A DNA stretch of 64,000 nt from Auanema rhodensis. Taxonomy: Eukaryota > Animalia > Nematoda. Each line of letters begins with the position of its first letter. Positions within the stretch are counted from its first letter, which is position 1. The position numbers and the translations under genes were made by a program. The notes beneath the pieces are model-generated. The model was given only the letters and a program-made list of their open reading frames with translations, searched no databases and was not told where the DNA came from. Below are positions 1 through 11,259 of the stretch, piece after piece. The stretch covers positions 9,672,001-9,736,000 of the forward strand of contig OZ059898.1 in assembly GCA_964057225.1 (NCBI GenBank). Reading direction: 5' to 3'.

Positions 1-15
1 AAGTCAAGTTCTACT
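1..15 (-). other. End of the 5' flank of a further tRNA cassette lying just left of the window
   Basis: The window opens with aagtcaagttctact, which elsewhere occurs only ~37-51 bp beyond a tRNA 5' end. Confidence 0.85.
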
Positions 16-758
16 GATTTGAAGAGAATTGTAAGTTTTAGAAAATAATTAAAAATTAGTTCTCTCTACTATTAACTGATTGTCGGCTAAAATATGGTAA
101 CAATTTTCATAAAAAGTTTCCATGATTAGGATTAAACAAAAAAAAGAATTAAAGAGAAACACTTTTTGTTTACTAATTTGATTATAATACTTGAAATTCC
201 AAAAACAGTTGAATAAAATTGAGAAAGCGACAAAAACAGTTGAACGATTTGAAGAGAATTGTAAGTTTTAGAAAAGAATTAAAGTTCAGCTATCTCTACT
301 ATTAACTGATTATCGGCTGAAATATGGTGACAGTTTTTTTTTAAAAGTTTCCATGATTAAGATTAAACAAAGAAAAAAAATCAAAGAGAAACACTTCTTG
401 TTTACTAATTTGATTATAACACTTAAAATTCCAACAAAAGTAAAGTAAAACTGTCAAAGCGAGTAAAACTGTTGAACAATTTGAAGACAATTGTAAGTTG
501 AAGAAAAAAATTAAAGTTCAGCTATCTCTACTATTAACTGATTATCGGCTGAAATATGGTGACAGTTTTTTTTTAAAAGTTTCCATGATTAAGATTAAAC
601 AAAGAAAAAAATCAAAGAGAAACACTTCTTGTTTACTAATTTGATTATAACACTTGAAAATCCAACAAAAGTAAAATAAAACTGTGAAAGCGGGTAAAAC
701 TGTTGAACTTAAACAGTCTTTATAAAATATAAATGATATATTTTTATAAAAGTGAAGT

Positions 759-804
759 TGCATCGGCGTGGCAGGCGAGCATTCTACCACTGAACCACCG
801 ATGC
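759..804 (-). pseudogene. tRNA-Gly(GCC) delta-25 copy (lacks most of the 3' anticodon stem, the variable loop and the T-arm/B-box)
   Basis: 46 bp: tgcatcggc^gtggcaggcgagcattctaccactgaaccaccgatgc, missing cgggaatcgaacccgggtcgcccgc. Confidence 0.9.
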
Positions 805-1357
805 TTCGAAAATGTTAGATTGTTTCCGAAAAATTATGAAAAGTCAAGTTCTACTGATTTGAAGAGAATTGTAAGTTTTAGAAAATAATTAAAAATTAGT
901 TCTCTCTACTATTAACTGATTGTCGGCTAAAATATGGTAACAGTTTTTATTGAAAGTTTCCATGATTAAGATTAAACAAAGAAAAAAATCAAAGAGAAAC
1001 ACTTCTTGTTTACTTACTTGATTATAATACTTGAAATTCCAAAAACAGTAAAATAAAATTGAGAAAGCGACAAAAACAGTTGAACGATTTGAAGACAATT
1101 GTAAGTTTAAGAAAAGAATTAAAGTTTAGCTTTGTCTACTATTAACTGATTATCGGCTGAAATATGGTGACAGTTTTTTTTTAAAAGTTTCCATGATTAA
1201 GATTAAACAAAGAAAAAAAAATCAAAGAGAAACACTTCTTGTTTACTAATTTGATTATAACACTTGAAAATCCAACCAAAGTAAAAAAAAACTGTGAAAG
1301 CGGGTAAAACTGTTGAACTAAAACAGTCTTTATAAAATATAAGTGATATTTTTTTAT

Positions 1358-1361
1358 AAAA
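1358..1361 (-). terminator. Pol III T4 terminator 7 nt downstream of the tRNA 3' end (representative; present in every cassette)
   Basis: Minus strand reads ...CGATGCA ACTTCAC TTTT ATAAAAA...; further T4 runs follow within the 3' flank. Confidence 0.75.
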
Positions 1362-1368
1362 GTGAAGT

Positions 1369-1439
1369 TGCATCGGCCGGGAATCGAACACGGGTCGCCC
1401 GCGTGGCAGGCGAGCATTCTACCACTGAACCACCGATGC
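1369..1439 (-). tRNA. tRNA-Gly(GCC), T-stem variant (G52>T, mismatch with C62)
   Basis: Full 71-nt cloverleaf; plus strand gaacacggg instead of gaacccggg (position 1390). Confidence 0.88.
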
Positions 1440-2233
1440 TTCGAAAATGTTAGATTGTTTCCGAAAAATTATGAAAAGTCAAGTTCTACTGATTTGAAGA
1501 GAATTGTAAGTTTTAGAAAATAATTAAAAATTAGTTCTCTCTACTATTAACTGATTGTCGGCTAAAATATGGTAACAATTTTCATAAAAAGTTTCCATGA
1601 TTAGGATTAAACAAAAAAAAGAATTAAAGAGAAACACTTTTTGTTTACTTATTTGATTATAATACTTGAAATTCCAAAAACAGTTGAATAAAATTGAGAA
1701 AGCGACAAAAACAGTTGAACGATTTGAAGAGAATTGTAAGTTTTAGAAAAGAATTAAAGTTCAGCTATCTCTACTATTAACTGATTATCGGCTGAAATAT
1801 GGTGACAGTTTTTTTTTAAAAGTTTCCATGATTAAGATTAAACAAAGAAAAAAAATCAAAGAGAAACACTTCTTGTTTACTAATTTGATTATAACACTTA
1901 AAATTCCAACAAAAGTAAAGTAAAACTGTCAAAGCGAGTAAAACTGTTGAACAATTTGAAGACAATTGTAAGTTTAAGAAAAGAATTAAAGTTCAGCTAT
2001 CTCTACTATTAACTGATTATCGGCTGAAATATAGTAACAGTTTTTATTAAAAGTTTCCATGATTAAGATTAAACAAAGAAAAAAAATCAAAGAGAAACAC
2101 TTCTTGTTTACTAATTTGATTATAACACTTGAAAATCCAACAAAAGTAAAATAAAACTGTGAAAGCGGGTAAAACTGTTGAACTTAAACAGTCTTTATAA
2201 AATATAAATGATATATTTTTATAAAAGTGAAGT

Positions 2234-2279
2234 TGCATCGGCGTGGCAGGCGAGCATTCTACCACTGAACCACCGATGC
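2234..2279 (-). pseudogene. tRNA-Gly(GCC) delta-25 copy
   Basis: Same 25-bp deletion junction tgcatcggcgtggc. Confidence 0.9.
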
Positions 2280-2843
2280 TTCGAAAATGTTAGATTGTTT
2301 CCGAAAAATTATGAAAAGTCAAGTTCTACTGATTTGAAGAGAATTGTAAGTTTTAGAAAATAATTAAAAATTAGTTCTCTCTACTATTAACTGATTGTCG
2401 GCTAAAATATGGTAACAGTTTTTATTGAAAGTTTCCATGATTAAGATTAAACAAAGAAAAAAATCAAAGAGAAACACTTCTTGTTTACTTACTTGATTAT
2501 AATACTTGAAATTCCAAAAACAGTAAAATAAAATTGAGAAAGCGACAAAAACAGTTGAACGATTTGAAGACAATTGTAAGTTTAAGAAAAGAATTAAAGT
2601 TTAGCTTTGTCTACTATTAACTGATTATCGGCTGAAATATGGTGACAGTTTTTTTTTAAAAGTTTCCATGATTAAGATTAAACAAAGAAAAAAAAATCAA
2701 AGAGAAACACTTCTTGTTTACTAATTTGATTATAACACTTGAAAATCCAACCAAAGTAAAAAAAAACTGTGAAAGCGGGTAAAACTGTTGAACTAAAACA
2801 GTCTTTATAAAATATAAATGATATTTTTTTATAAAAGTGAAGT

Positions 2844-2914
2844 TGCATCGGCCGGGAATCGAACACGGGTCGCCCGCGTGGCAGGCGAGCATTCTACCAC
2901 TGAACCACCGATGC
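2844..2914 (-). tRNA. tRNA-Gly(GCC), T-stem variant G52>T
   Basis: Full length; gaacacggg. Confidence 0.88.
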
Positions 2915-3709
2915 TTCGAAAATGTTAGATTGTTTCCGAAAAATTATGAAAAGTCAAGTTCTACTGATTTGAAGAGAATTGTAAGTTTTAGAAAATAATT
3001 AAAAATTAGTTCTCTCTACTATTAACTGATTGTCGGCTAAAATATGGTAACAATTTTCATAAAAAGTTTCCATGATTAGGATTAAACAAAAAAAAGAATT
3101 AAAGAGAAACACTTTTTGTTTACTAATTTGATTATAATACTTGAAATTCCAAAAACAGTTGAATAAAATTGAGAAAGCGACAAAAACAGTTGAACGATTT
3201 GAAGAGAATTGTAAGTTTTAGAAAAGAATTAAAGTTCAGCTATCTCTACTATTAACTGATTATCGGCTGAAATATGGTGACAGTTTTTTTTTAAAAGTTT
3301 CCATGATTAAGATTAAACAAAGAAAAAAAATCAAAGAGAAACACTTCTTGTTTACTAATTTGATTATAACACTTAAAATTCCAACAAAAGTAAAGTAAAA
3401 CTGTCAAAGCGAGTAAAACTGTTGAACAATTTGAAGACAATTGTAAGTTGAAGAAAAAAATTAAAGTTCAGCTATCTCTACTATTAACTGATTATCGGCT
3501 GAAATATGGTGACAGTTTTTTTTTAAAAGTTTCCATGATTAAGATTAAACAAAGAAAAAAAATCAAAGAGAAACACTTCTTGTTTACTAATTTGATTATA
3601 ACACTTGAAATTCCAACAAAAGTAAAATAAAACTGTGAAAGCGGGTAAAACTGTTAAACTAAAACAGTCTTAATAAAATATAAATGATATTTTTTTATAA
3701 AAGTGAAGT

Positions 3710-3780
3710 TGCATCGGCCGGGAATCGAACCCGGGTCGCCCGCGTGGCAGGCGAGCATTCTACCACTGAACCACCGATGC
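3710..3780 (-). tRNA. tRNA-Gly(GCC), intact
   Basis: Minus strand GCATCGG TG GTTC AGTGGTA GAAT G CTCGC CTGCCAC GCGGG CGAC CCGGG TTCGATT CCCGG CCGATGC A; A box TGGTTCAGTGG, B box GGTTCGATTCC, anticodon GCC, no encoded CCA. Confidence 0.97.
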
Positions 3781-4805
3781 TTCGAAAATGTTAGATTGTT
3801 ACCGAAAAATCATGAAAAGTCAAGTTCTACTGATTTGAAGAGAATTGTAAGTTTCAGAAAATAATTAAAAATAAGTTTTCTCTACTATTAACTGATTATC
3901 GGCTGAAATAAGGTAACAGTTTTTATTGAAAGTTTCCATGATTAAGATTAAACAAAAAAAAAGGATCAAAAAGAAACACTTCTTGTTTACTTACTTGATT
4001 ATAATACTTGAAATTCCAAAAACAGTAGAACAAAATAGAGAAAACGACAAAAACAGTTGAACGATTTGAAGACAATTGTAAGTTTTAGAAAATAATTAAA
4101 AATTAGTTCTCTCTACTATTAACTGATTGTCGGCTAAAATATGGTAACAGTTTTTATAAAAAGGTTCCATGATTAGGATTAAACAAAGAAAAAAATCAAA
4201 GAGAAACACTTCTTGTTTACTTACTTGATTATAATACTTGAAATTCCAAAAACAGTGAAATAAAATTGAGAAAGCGACATAAACAGTTGAACGATTTGAA
4301 GACAATTGTAAGTTGAAGAAAAAAATTAACGTTTAGCTCTCTCTACTATTAACTGATTATCGGCTAAAATAAGGTAACAGTTTTTATTGAAAGTTTCCAT
4401 GATTAAGATTAAACAAAGAAAAAAATCAAAGAGAAACACTTCTTGTTTACTTACTTGATTATAATACTTGAAATTCCAAAAACAGTAAAATAAAATTGAG
4501 AAAGCGACAAAAACAGTTGAACGATTTGAAGACAATTGTAAGTTTAAGAAAAGAATTAAAGTTTAGCTTTGTCTACTATTAACTGATTATCGGCTGAAAT
4601 ATGATGACAGTTTTTTTTTAAAAGTTTCCATGATTAAGATTAAACAAAGAAAAAAAAATCAAAGAGAAACACTTCTTGTTTACTAATTTGATTATAACAC
4701 TTGAAAATCCAACCAAAGTAAAAAAAAACTGTGAAAGCGGGTAAAACTGTTGAACTAAAACAGTCTTTATAAAATATAAATGATATTTTTTTATAAAAGT
4801 GAAGT

Positions 4806-4876
4806 TGCATCGGCCGGGAATCGAACACGGGTCGCCCGCGTGGCAGGCGAGCATTCTACCACTGAACCACCGATGC
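4806..4876 (-). tRNA. tRNA-Gly(GCC), T-stem variant G52>T
   Basis: Full length; gaacacggg. Confidence 0.88.
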
Positions 4877-6591
4877 TTCGAAAATGTTAGATTGTTTCCG
4901 AAAAATTATGAAAAGTCAAGTTCTACTGATTTGAAGAGAATTGTAAGTTTTAGAAAATAATTAAAAATTAGTTCTCTCTACTATTAACTGATTGTCGGCT
5001 AAAATATGGTAACAGTTTTTATAAAAAGTTTCCATGATTAGGATTAAACAAAAAAAGAATTAAAGAGAAACACTTTTTGTTTACTTATTTGATTATAATA
5101 CTTGAAATTCCAAAAACAGTAGAATAAAATTGAGAAAGCGACAAAAACAGTTGAACGATTTGAAGAGAATTGTAAGTTTTAGAAAAGAATTAAAGTTCAG
5201 CTATCTCTACTATTAACTGATTATCGGCTAAAATAAGGTAACAGTTTTTATTGAAAGTTTCCATGATTGAGATTAAACAAAGAAAAAAATCAAAGAGAAA
5301 CACTTCTTGTTTACTTACTTGATTATAATACTTGAAATTCCAAAAACAGTAAAATAAAATTGAGAAAGCGACAAAAACAGTTGAACGATTTGAAGACAAT
5401 TGTAAGTTTAAGAAAAGAATTAAAGTTTAGCTTTGTCTACTATTAACTGATTATCGGCTGAAATATGGTGACAGTTTTTTTTTAAAAGTTTCCATGATTA
5501 AGATTAAACAAAGAAAAAAAAATCAAAGAGAAACACTTCTTGTTTACTAATTTGATCATAACACTTGAAATGCCAACAAAAGTAAAGTAAAACTGTTTAA
5601 GCGAGTAAAACTGTTGAACAATTTGAAGACAATTGTAAGTTGAAGAAAAAAATTAAAGTTTTGCTCTCTCTACTATTAACTGAATGTCGGCTGAAATATG
5701 GTAACAGTTTTTATCAAAAGTTTCCATGATTAAGATTAAACAAAGAAAAAAAATCAAAAAGAAACACTTCTTGTTTACTTACTTGATTATAATACTTGAA
5801 ATTCCAAAAACAGTAGAATAAAATAGAGAAAACGACAAAAACAGTTGAACGATTTGAAGACAATTGTAAGTTTTAGAAAATAATTAAAAATTAGTTCTCT
5901 CTACTATTAACTGATTGTCGGCTAAAATATGGTAACAGTTTTTATAAAAAGGTTCCATGATGAGGACTAAACAAAAAAAAGAATCAAAAAGAAACACTTC
6001 TTGTTTACTTACTTGATTATAATACTTGAAATTCAAAAAAAAGTGAAAAACAATTGAGAAAGCGACATAAACAGTTGAACGATTTGAAGAGAATTGTAAG
6101 TTTCAGAAAAGAATTAAAGTTCAGCTATCTCTACTATTAACTGATTATCGGCTAAAATAAGGTAACAGTTTTTATTGAAAGTTTCCATGATTAAGATTAA
6201 ACAAAGAAAAAAATCAAAGAGAAACACTTCTTGTTTACTTACTTGATTATAATACTTGAAATTTCAAAAACAGTAAAATAAAATTGAGAAAGCGACAAAA
6301 ACAGTTGAACGATTTGAAGACAATTGTAAGTTTAAGAAAAGAATTAAAGTTCAGCTATCTCTACTTTCAACTGATTAACGGCTAAAATATAGTAACAGTT
6401 TTTATTAAAAGTTTCCATGATTAAGATTAAACAAAGAAAAAAAATCAAAGAGAAACACTTCTTGTTTACTAATTTGATTATAACACTTGAAAATCCAACA
6501 AAAGTAAAATAAAACTGTGAAAGCGGGTAAAACTGTTGAACTTAAACAGTCTTTATAAAATATAAATGATATATTTTTATAAAAGTGAAGT

Positions 6592-6637
6592 TGCATCGGC
6601 GTGGCAGGCGAGCATTCTACCACTGAACCACCGATGC
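6592..6637 (-). pseudogene. tRNA-Gly(GCC) delta-25 copy
   Basis: Deletion junction tgcatcggcgtggc. Confidence 0.9.
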
Positions 6638-7662
6638 TTCGAAAATGTTAGATTGTTTCCGAAAAATTATGAAAAGTCAAGTTCTACTGATTTGAAGAGA
6701 ATTGTAAGTTTTAGAAAATAATTAAAAATTAGTTCTCTCTACTATTAACTGATTGTCGGCTAAAATATGGTAACAGTTTTTATCAAACGTTTCCATGATT
6801 AAGATTAAACAAAGAAAAAAAATCAAAAAGAAACACTTCTTGTTTACTTACTTGATTATAATACTTGAAATTCCAAAAACAGTAGAATAAAATAGAGAAA
6901 ACGACAAAAACAGTTGAACGATTTGAAGACAATTGTAAGTTTTAGAAAATAATTAAAAATTAGTTCTCTCTACTATTAACTGATTGTCGGCTAAAATATG
7001 GTAACAGTTTTTATAAAAAGGTTCCATGATTAGGACTAAACAAAAAAAAGAATCAAAAAGAAACACTTCTTGTTTACTTACTTGATTATAATACTTGAAA
7101 TTCAAAAAAAAGTAAAAAACAATTGAGAAAGCGACATAAACAGTTGAACGATTTAAAGAGAATTGTAAGTTTCAGAAAAGAATTAAAGTTCAGCTATCTC
7201 TACTATTAACTGATTATCGGCTAAAATAAGGTAACAGTTTTTATTGAAAGTTTCCATGATTAAGATTAAACAAAGAAAAAAATCAAAGAGAAACACTTCT
7301 TGTTTACTTACTTGATTATAATACTTGAAATTTCAAAAACAGTAAAATAAAATTGGGAAAGCGACAAAAACAGTTGAACGATTTGAAGACAATTGTAAGT
7401 TTAAGAAAAGAATTAAAGTTTAGCTTTGTCTACTATTAACTGATTATCGGCTGAAATATGGTGACAGTTTTTTTTTAAAAGTTTCCATGATTAAGATTAA
7501 ACAAAGAAAAAAAAATTAAAGAGAAACATTTCTTGTTTACTAATTTGATTATAACACTTGAAAATCCAACAAAAGTAAAAAAAAACTGTGAAAGCGGGTA
7601 AAACTGTTGAACTAAAACAGTCTTTATAAAATATAAATGATATTTTTTTATAAAAGTGAAGT

Positions 7663-7733
7663 TGCATCGGCCGGGAATCGAACCCGGGTCGCCCGCGTGG
7701 CAGGCGAGCATTCTACCACTGAACCACCGATGC
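7663..7733 (-). tRNA. tRNA-Gly(GCC), intact
   Basis: Identical to the 71-nt consensus. Confidence 0.97.
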
Positions 7734-9452
7734 TTCGAAAATGTTAGATTGTTTCCGAAAAATTATGAAAAGTCAAGTTCTACTGATTTGAAGAGAATTG
7801 TAAGTTTTAGAAAATAATTAAAAATTAGTTCTCTCTACTATTAACTGATTGTCGGCTAAAATATGGTAACAGTTTTTATAAAAAGTTTCCATGATTAGGA
7901 TTAAACAAAAAAAAAGAATTAAAGAGAAACACTTTTTGTTTACTTATTTGATTATAATACTTGAAATTCCAAAAACAGTAGAATAAAATTGAGAAAGCGA
8001 CAAAAACAGTTGAACGATTTGAAGAGAATTGTAAGTTTTAGAAAAGAATTAAAGTTTAGCTTTGTCTACTATTAACTGATTATCAGCTGAAATATGGTGA
8101 CAGTTTTTTTTTAAAAGTTTCCATGATTAAGATTAAACAAAGAAAAAAAATCAAAGAGAAACACTTCTTGTTTACTTACTTGATTATAATACTTGAAATT
8201 TCAAAAACAGTAAAATAAAATTGGGAAAGCGACAAAAACAGTTGAACGATTTGAAGACAATTGTAAGTTTAAGAAAAGAATTAAAGTTTAGCTTTGTCTA
8301 CTATTAACTGATTATCGGCTGAAATATGGTGACAGTTTTTTTTTAAAAGTTTCCATGATTAAGATTAAACAAAGAAAAAAAATCAAAGAGAAACACTTCT
8401 TGTTTACTAATTTGATCATAACACTTGAAATGCCAACAAAAGTAAAGTAAAACTGTTAAAGCGAGTAAAACTGTTGAACAATATGAAGACAATTGTAAGT
8501 TTTAGAAAATAATTAAAAATTAGTTCTCTCTACTATTAACTGATTGTCGGCTAAAATATGGTAACAGTTTTAATAAAAAGTTTCCATGATTAGGATTAAA
8601 CAAAAAAAAGAATTAAAGAGAAACACTTTTTGTTTACTTATTTGATTATAATACTTGAAATTCCAAAAACAGTAGAATAAAATAGAGAAAACGACAAAAA
8701 CAGTTGAACGATTTGAAGACAATTGTAAGTTTTAGAAAATAATTAAAAATTAGTTCTCTCTACTATTAACTGATTGTCGGCTAAAATATGGTAACAGTTT
8801 TTATAAAAAGGTTCCATGATTAGGACTAAACAAAAAAAAGAATCAAAAAGAAACACTTCTTGTTTACTTACTTGATTATAATACTTGAAATTCAAAAAAA
8901 AGTAAAAAACAATTGAGAAAGCGACATAAACAGTTGAACGATTTGAAGAGAATTGTAAGTTTCAGAAAAGAATTAAAGTTCAGCTATCTCTACTTTTAAC
9001 TGATTAACGACTAAAATAAGGTAACAGTTTTTATTGAAAATTTCCGTGATTGAGATTAAACAAAGAAAAAAAAATCAAAGAGAAACACTTCTTGTTTACT
9101 TATTTGATTATAATACTTGAAATTCCAAAAACAATAAAATAAAACTGTTAAAGCGAGTAAAACTGTTGAACGATTTGAAGACAATTGTAAGTTGAAGAAA
9201 AAAATTAAAGTTCAGCTATCTCTACTTTCAACTGATTAACGGCTAAAATATAATAACAGTTTTTATTAAAAGTTTCCATGATTAAGATTAAACAAAGAAA
9301 AAAAATCAAAGAGAAACACTTCTTGTTTACTAATTTGATTATAACACTTGAAAATCCAACAAAAGTAAAATGAAACTGTGAAAGCGGGTAAAACTGTTGA
9401 ACTAAAACAGTCTTTATAAAATATAAATGATATATTTTTATAAAAGTGAAGT

Positions 9453-9498
9453 TGCATCGGCGTGGCAGGCGAGCATTCTACCACTGAACCACCGATGC
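9453..9498 (-). pseudogene. tRNA-Gly(GCC) delta-25 copy
   Basis: Deletion junction tgcatcggcgtggc. Confidence 0.9.
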
Positions 9499-11213
9499 TT
9501 CGAAAATGTTAGATTGTTTCCGAAAAATTATGAAAAGTCAAGTTCTACTGATTTGAAGAGAATTGTAAGTTTTAGAAAATAATTAAAAATTAGTTCTCTC
9601 TACTATTAACTGATTGTCGGCTAAAATATGGTAACAGTTTTTATCAAAAGTTTCCATGATTAAGATTAAACAAAGAAAAAAAATCAAAAAGAAACACTTC
9701 TTGTTTACTTACTTGATTATAATACTTGAAATTCCAAAAACAGTAGAATAAAATAGAGAAAACGACAAAAACAGTTGAACGATTTGAAGACAATTGTAAG
9801 TTTTAGAAAATAATTAAAAATTAGTTCACTCTACTATTAACTGATTGTCGGCTAAAATATGGTAACAGTTTTTATAAAAAGGTTTCATGATTAGGACTAA
9901 ACAAAAAAAAGAATCAAAAAGAAACACTTCTTGTTTACTTACTTGATTATAATACTTGAAATTCAAAAAAAAGTAAAAAACAATTGAGAAAGCGACATAA
10001 ACAGTTGAACGATTTGAAGAGAATTGTAAGTTTCAGAAAAGAATTAAAGTTCAGCTATCTCTACTTTTAACTGATTAACGGCTAAAATAAGGTAACAGTT
10101 TTTATTGAAAGTTTCCGTGATTGAGATTAAACAAAGAAAAAAAAATCAAAGAGAAACACTTCTTGTTTACTTATTTGATTATAACACTTGAAATTCCAAC
10201 AAAAGTAAAGTAAAACTGTTAAAGCGAGTAAAACTGTTGAACGATTTGAAGACAATTGTAAGTTTTAGAAAATAATTAAAAATTAGTTCTCTCTACTATT
10301 AACTGATTGTCGGCTAAAATATGGTAACAGTTTTTATAAAAAGTTTCCATGATTAGGATTAAACAAAAAAAAGAATTAAAGAGAAACACTTTTTGTTTAC
10401 TTATTTGATTATAATACTTGAAATTCCAAAAACAGTAGAATAAAATTGAGAAAGCGACAAAAACAGTTGAACGATTTGAAGAGAATTGTAAGTTTCAGAA
10501 AATAATTAAAAATTAGTTCTCTCTACTATTAACTGATTGTCGGCTAAAATATGGTAACAGTTTTTATAAAAAGTTTCCATGATTAGGATTAAACAAAAAA
10601 AAGAATTAAAGAGAAACACTTTTTGTTTACTTATTTGATTATAATACTTGAAATTCCAAAAACAGTAGAATAAAATTGAGAAAGCGACAAAAACAGTTGA
10701 ACGATTTGAAGAGAATTGTAAGTTTTAGAAAAGAATTAAAGTTCAGCTTTCTCTACTATTAACTGATTATCGGCTAAAATAAGGTAACAGTTTTTATTGA
10801 AAGTTTCCATGATTAAGATTAAACAAAGAAAAAAATCAAAGAGAAACACTTCTTGTTTACTTATTTGATTATAACACTTGAAATTCCAACAAAAGTAAAG
10901 TAAAACTGTTAAAGCGAGTAAAACTGTTGAACGATTTGAAGACAATTGTAAGTTTTAGAAAATAATTAAAGTTCAGCTATCTCTACTTTCAACTGATTAA
11001 CGGCTAAAATATAATAACAGTTTTTATTAAAAGTTTCCATGATTAAGATTAAACAAAGAAAAAAAATCAAAGAGAAACACTTCTTGTTTACTAATTTGAT
11101 TATAACACTTGAAAATCCAACAAAAGTAAAATGAAACTGTGAAAGCGGGTAAAACTGTTGAACTAAAACAGTCTTTATAAAATATAAATGATATATTTTT
11201 ATAAAAGTGAAGT

Positions 11214-11259
11214 TGCATCGGCGTGGCAGGCGAGCATTCTACCACTGAACCACCGATGC
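11214..11259 (-). pseudogene. tRNA-Gly(GCC) delta-25 copy
   Basis: Deletion junction tgcatcggcgtggc. Confidence 0.9.

Larger units (their letters stand above)
1319..1490 (-). other. Representative 172-bp tRNA cassette (50-bp 3' flank + 71-bp tRNA + 51-bp 5' flank) between monomer positions ...gttgaac and gatttgaag...
   Basis: Plain monomers read gttgaac|gatttgaag (or gttgaac|aatttgaag). Cassette-bearing monomers read gttgaac|taaaacagtc...aagttctact|gatttgaag. The site is the same in all 32 cases. Confidence 0.93.
1..3650. repeat. Local higher-order repeat, 1475-bp period (5 monomers + delta-25 tRNA + T-stem-variant tRNA), ~2.5 copies; end approximate
   Basis: Unit starts at 1, 1476 and 2951; tRNAs at 759/2234 and 1369/2844 are exactly 1475 apart. 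Confidence 0.9.

Noticed and set aside
759-804. Delta-25 copy as a functional T-armless tRNA (nematode mitochondrial type)
   Set aside because: The 3' strand of the anticodon stem is also lost, so no anticodon arm can form. This is also a nuclear-type gene lacking its B box.
1464-1477. TATA-like upstream element (minus strand TTTTCATAATTTTT, about -38 to -25)
   Set aside because: The position suits TFIIIB binding, but it is not a canonical TATA box and cannot be distinguished from the AT-rich background.
1319-1490. Cassette as a tRNA-derived SINE or other mobile element
   Set aside because: There is no target-site duplication, tail or terminal inverted repeat. It includes 5' flank that would not be retrotransposed and is always at the same site and orientation, which fits tandem amplification.
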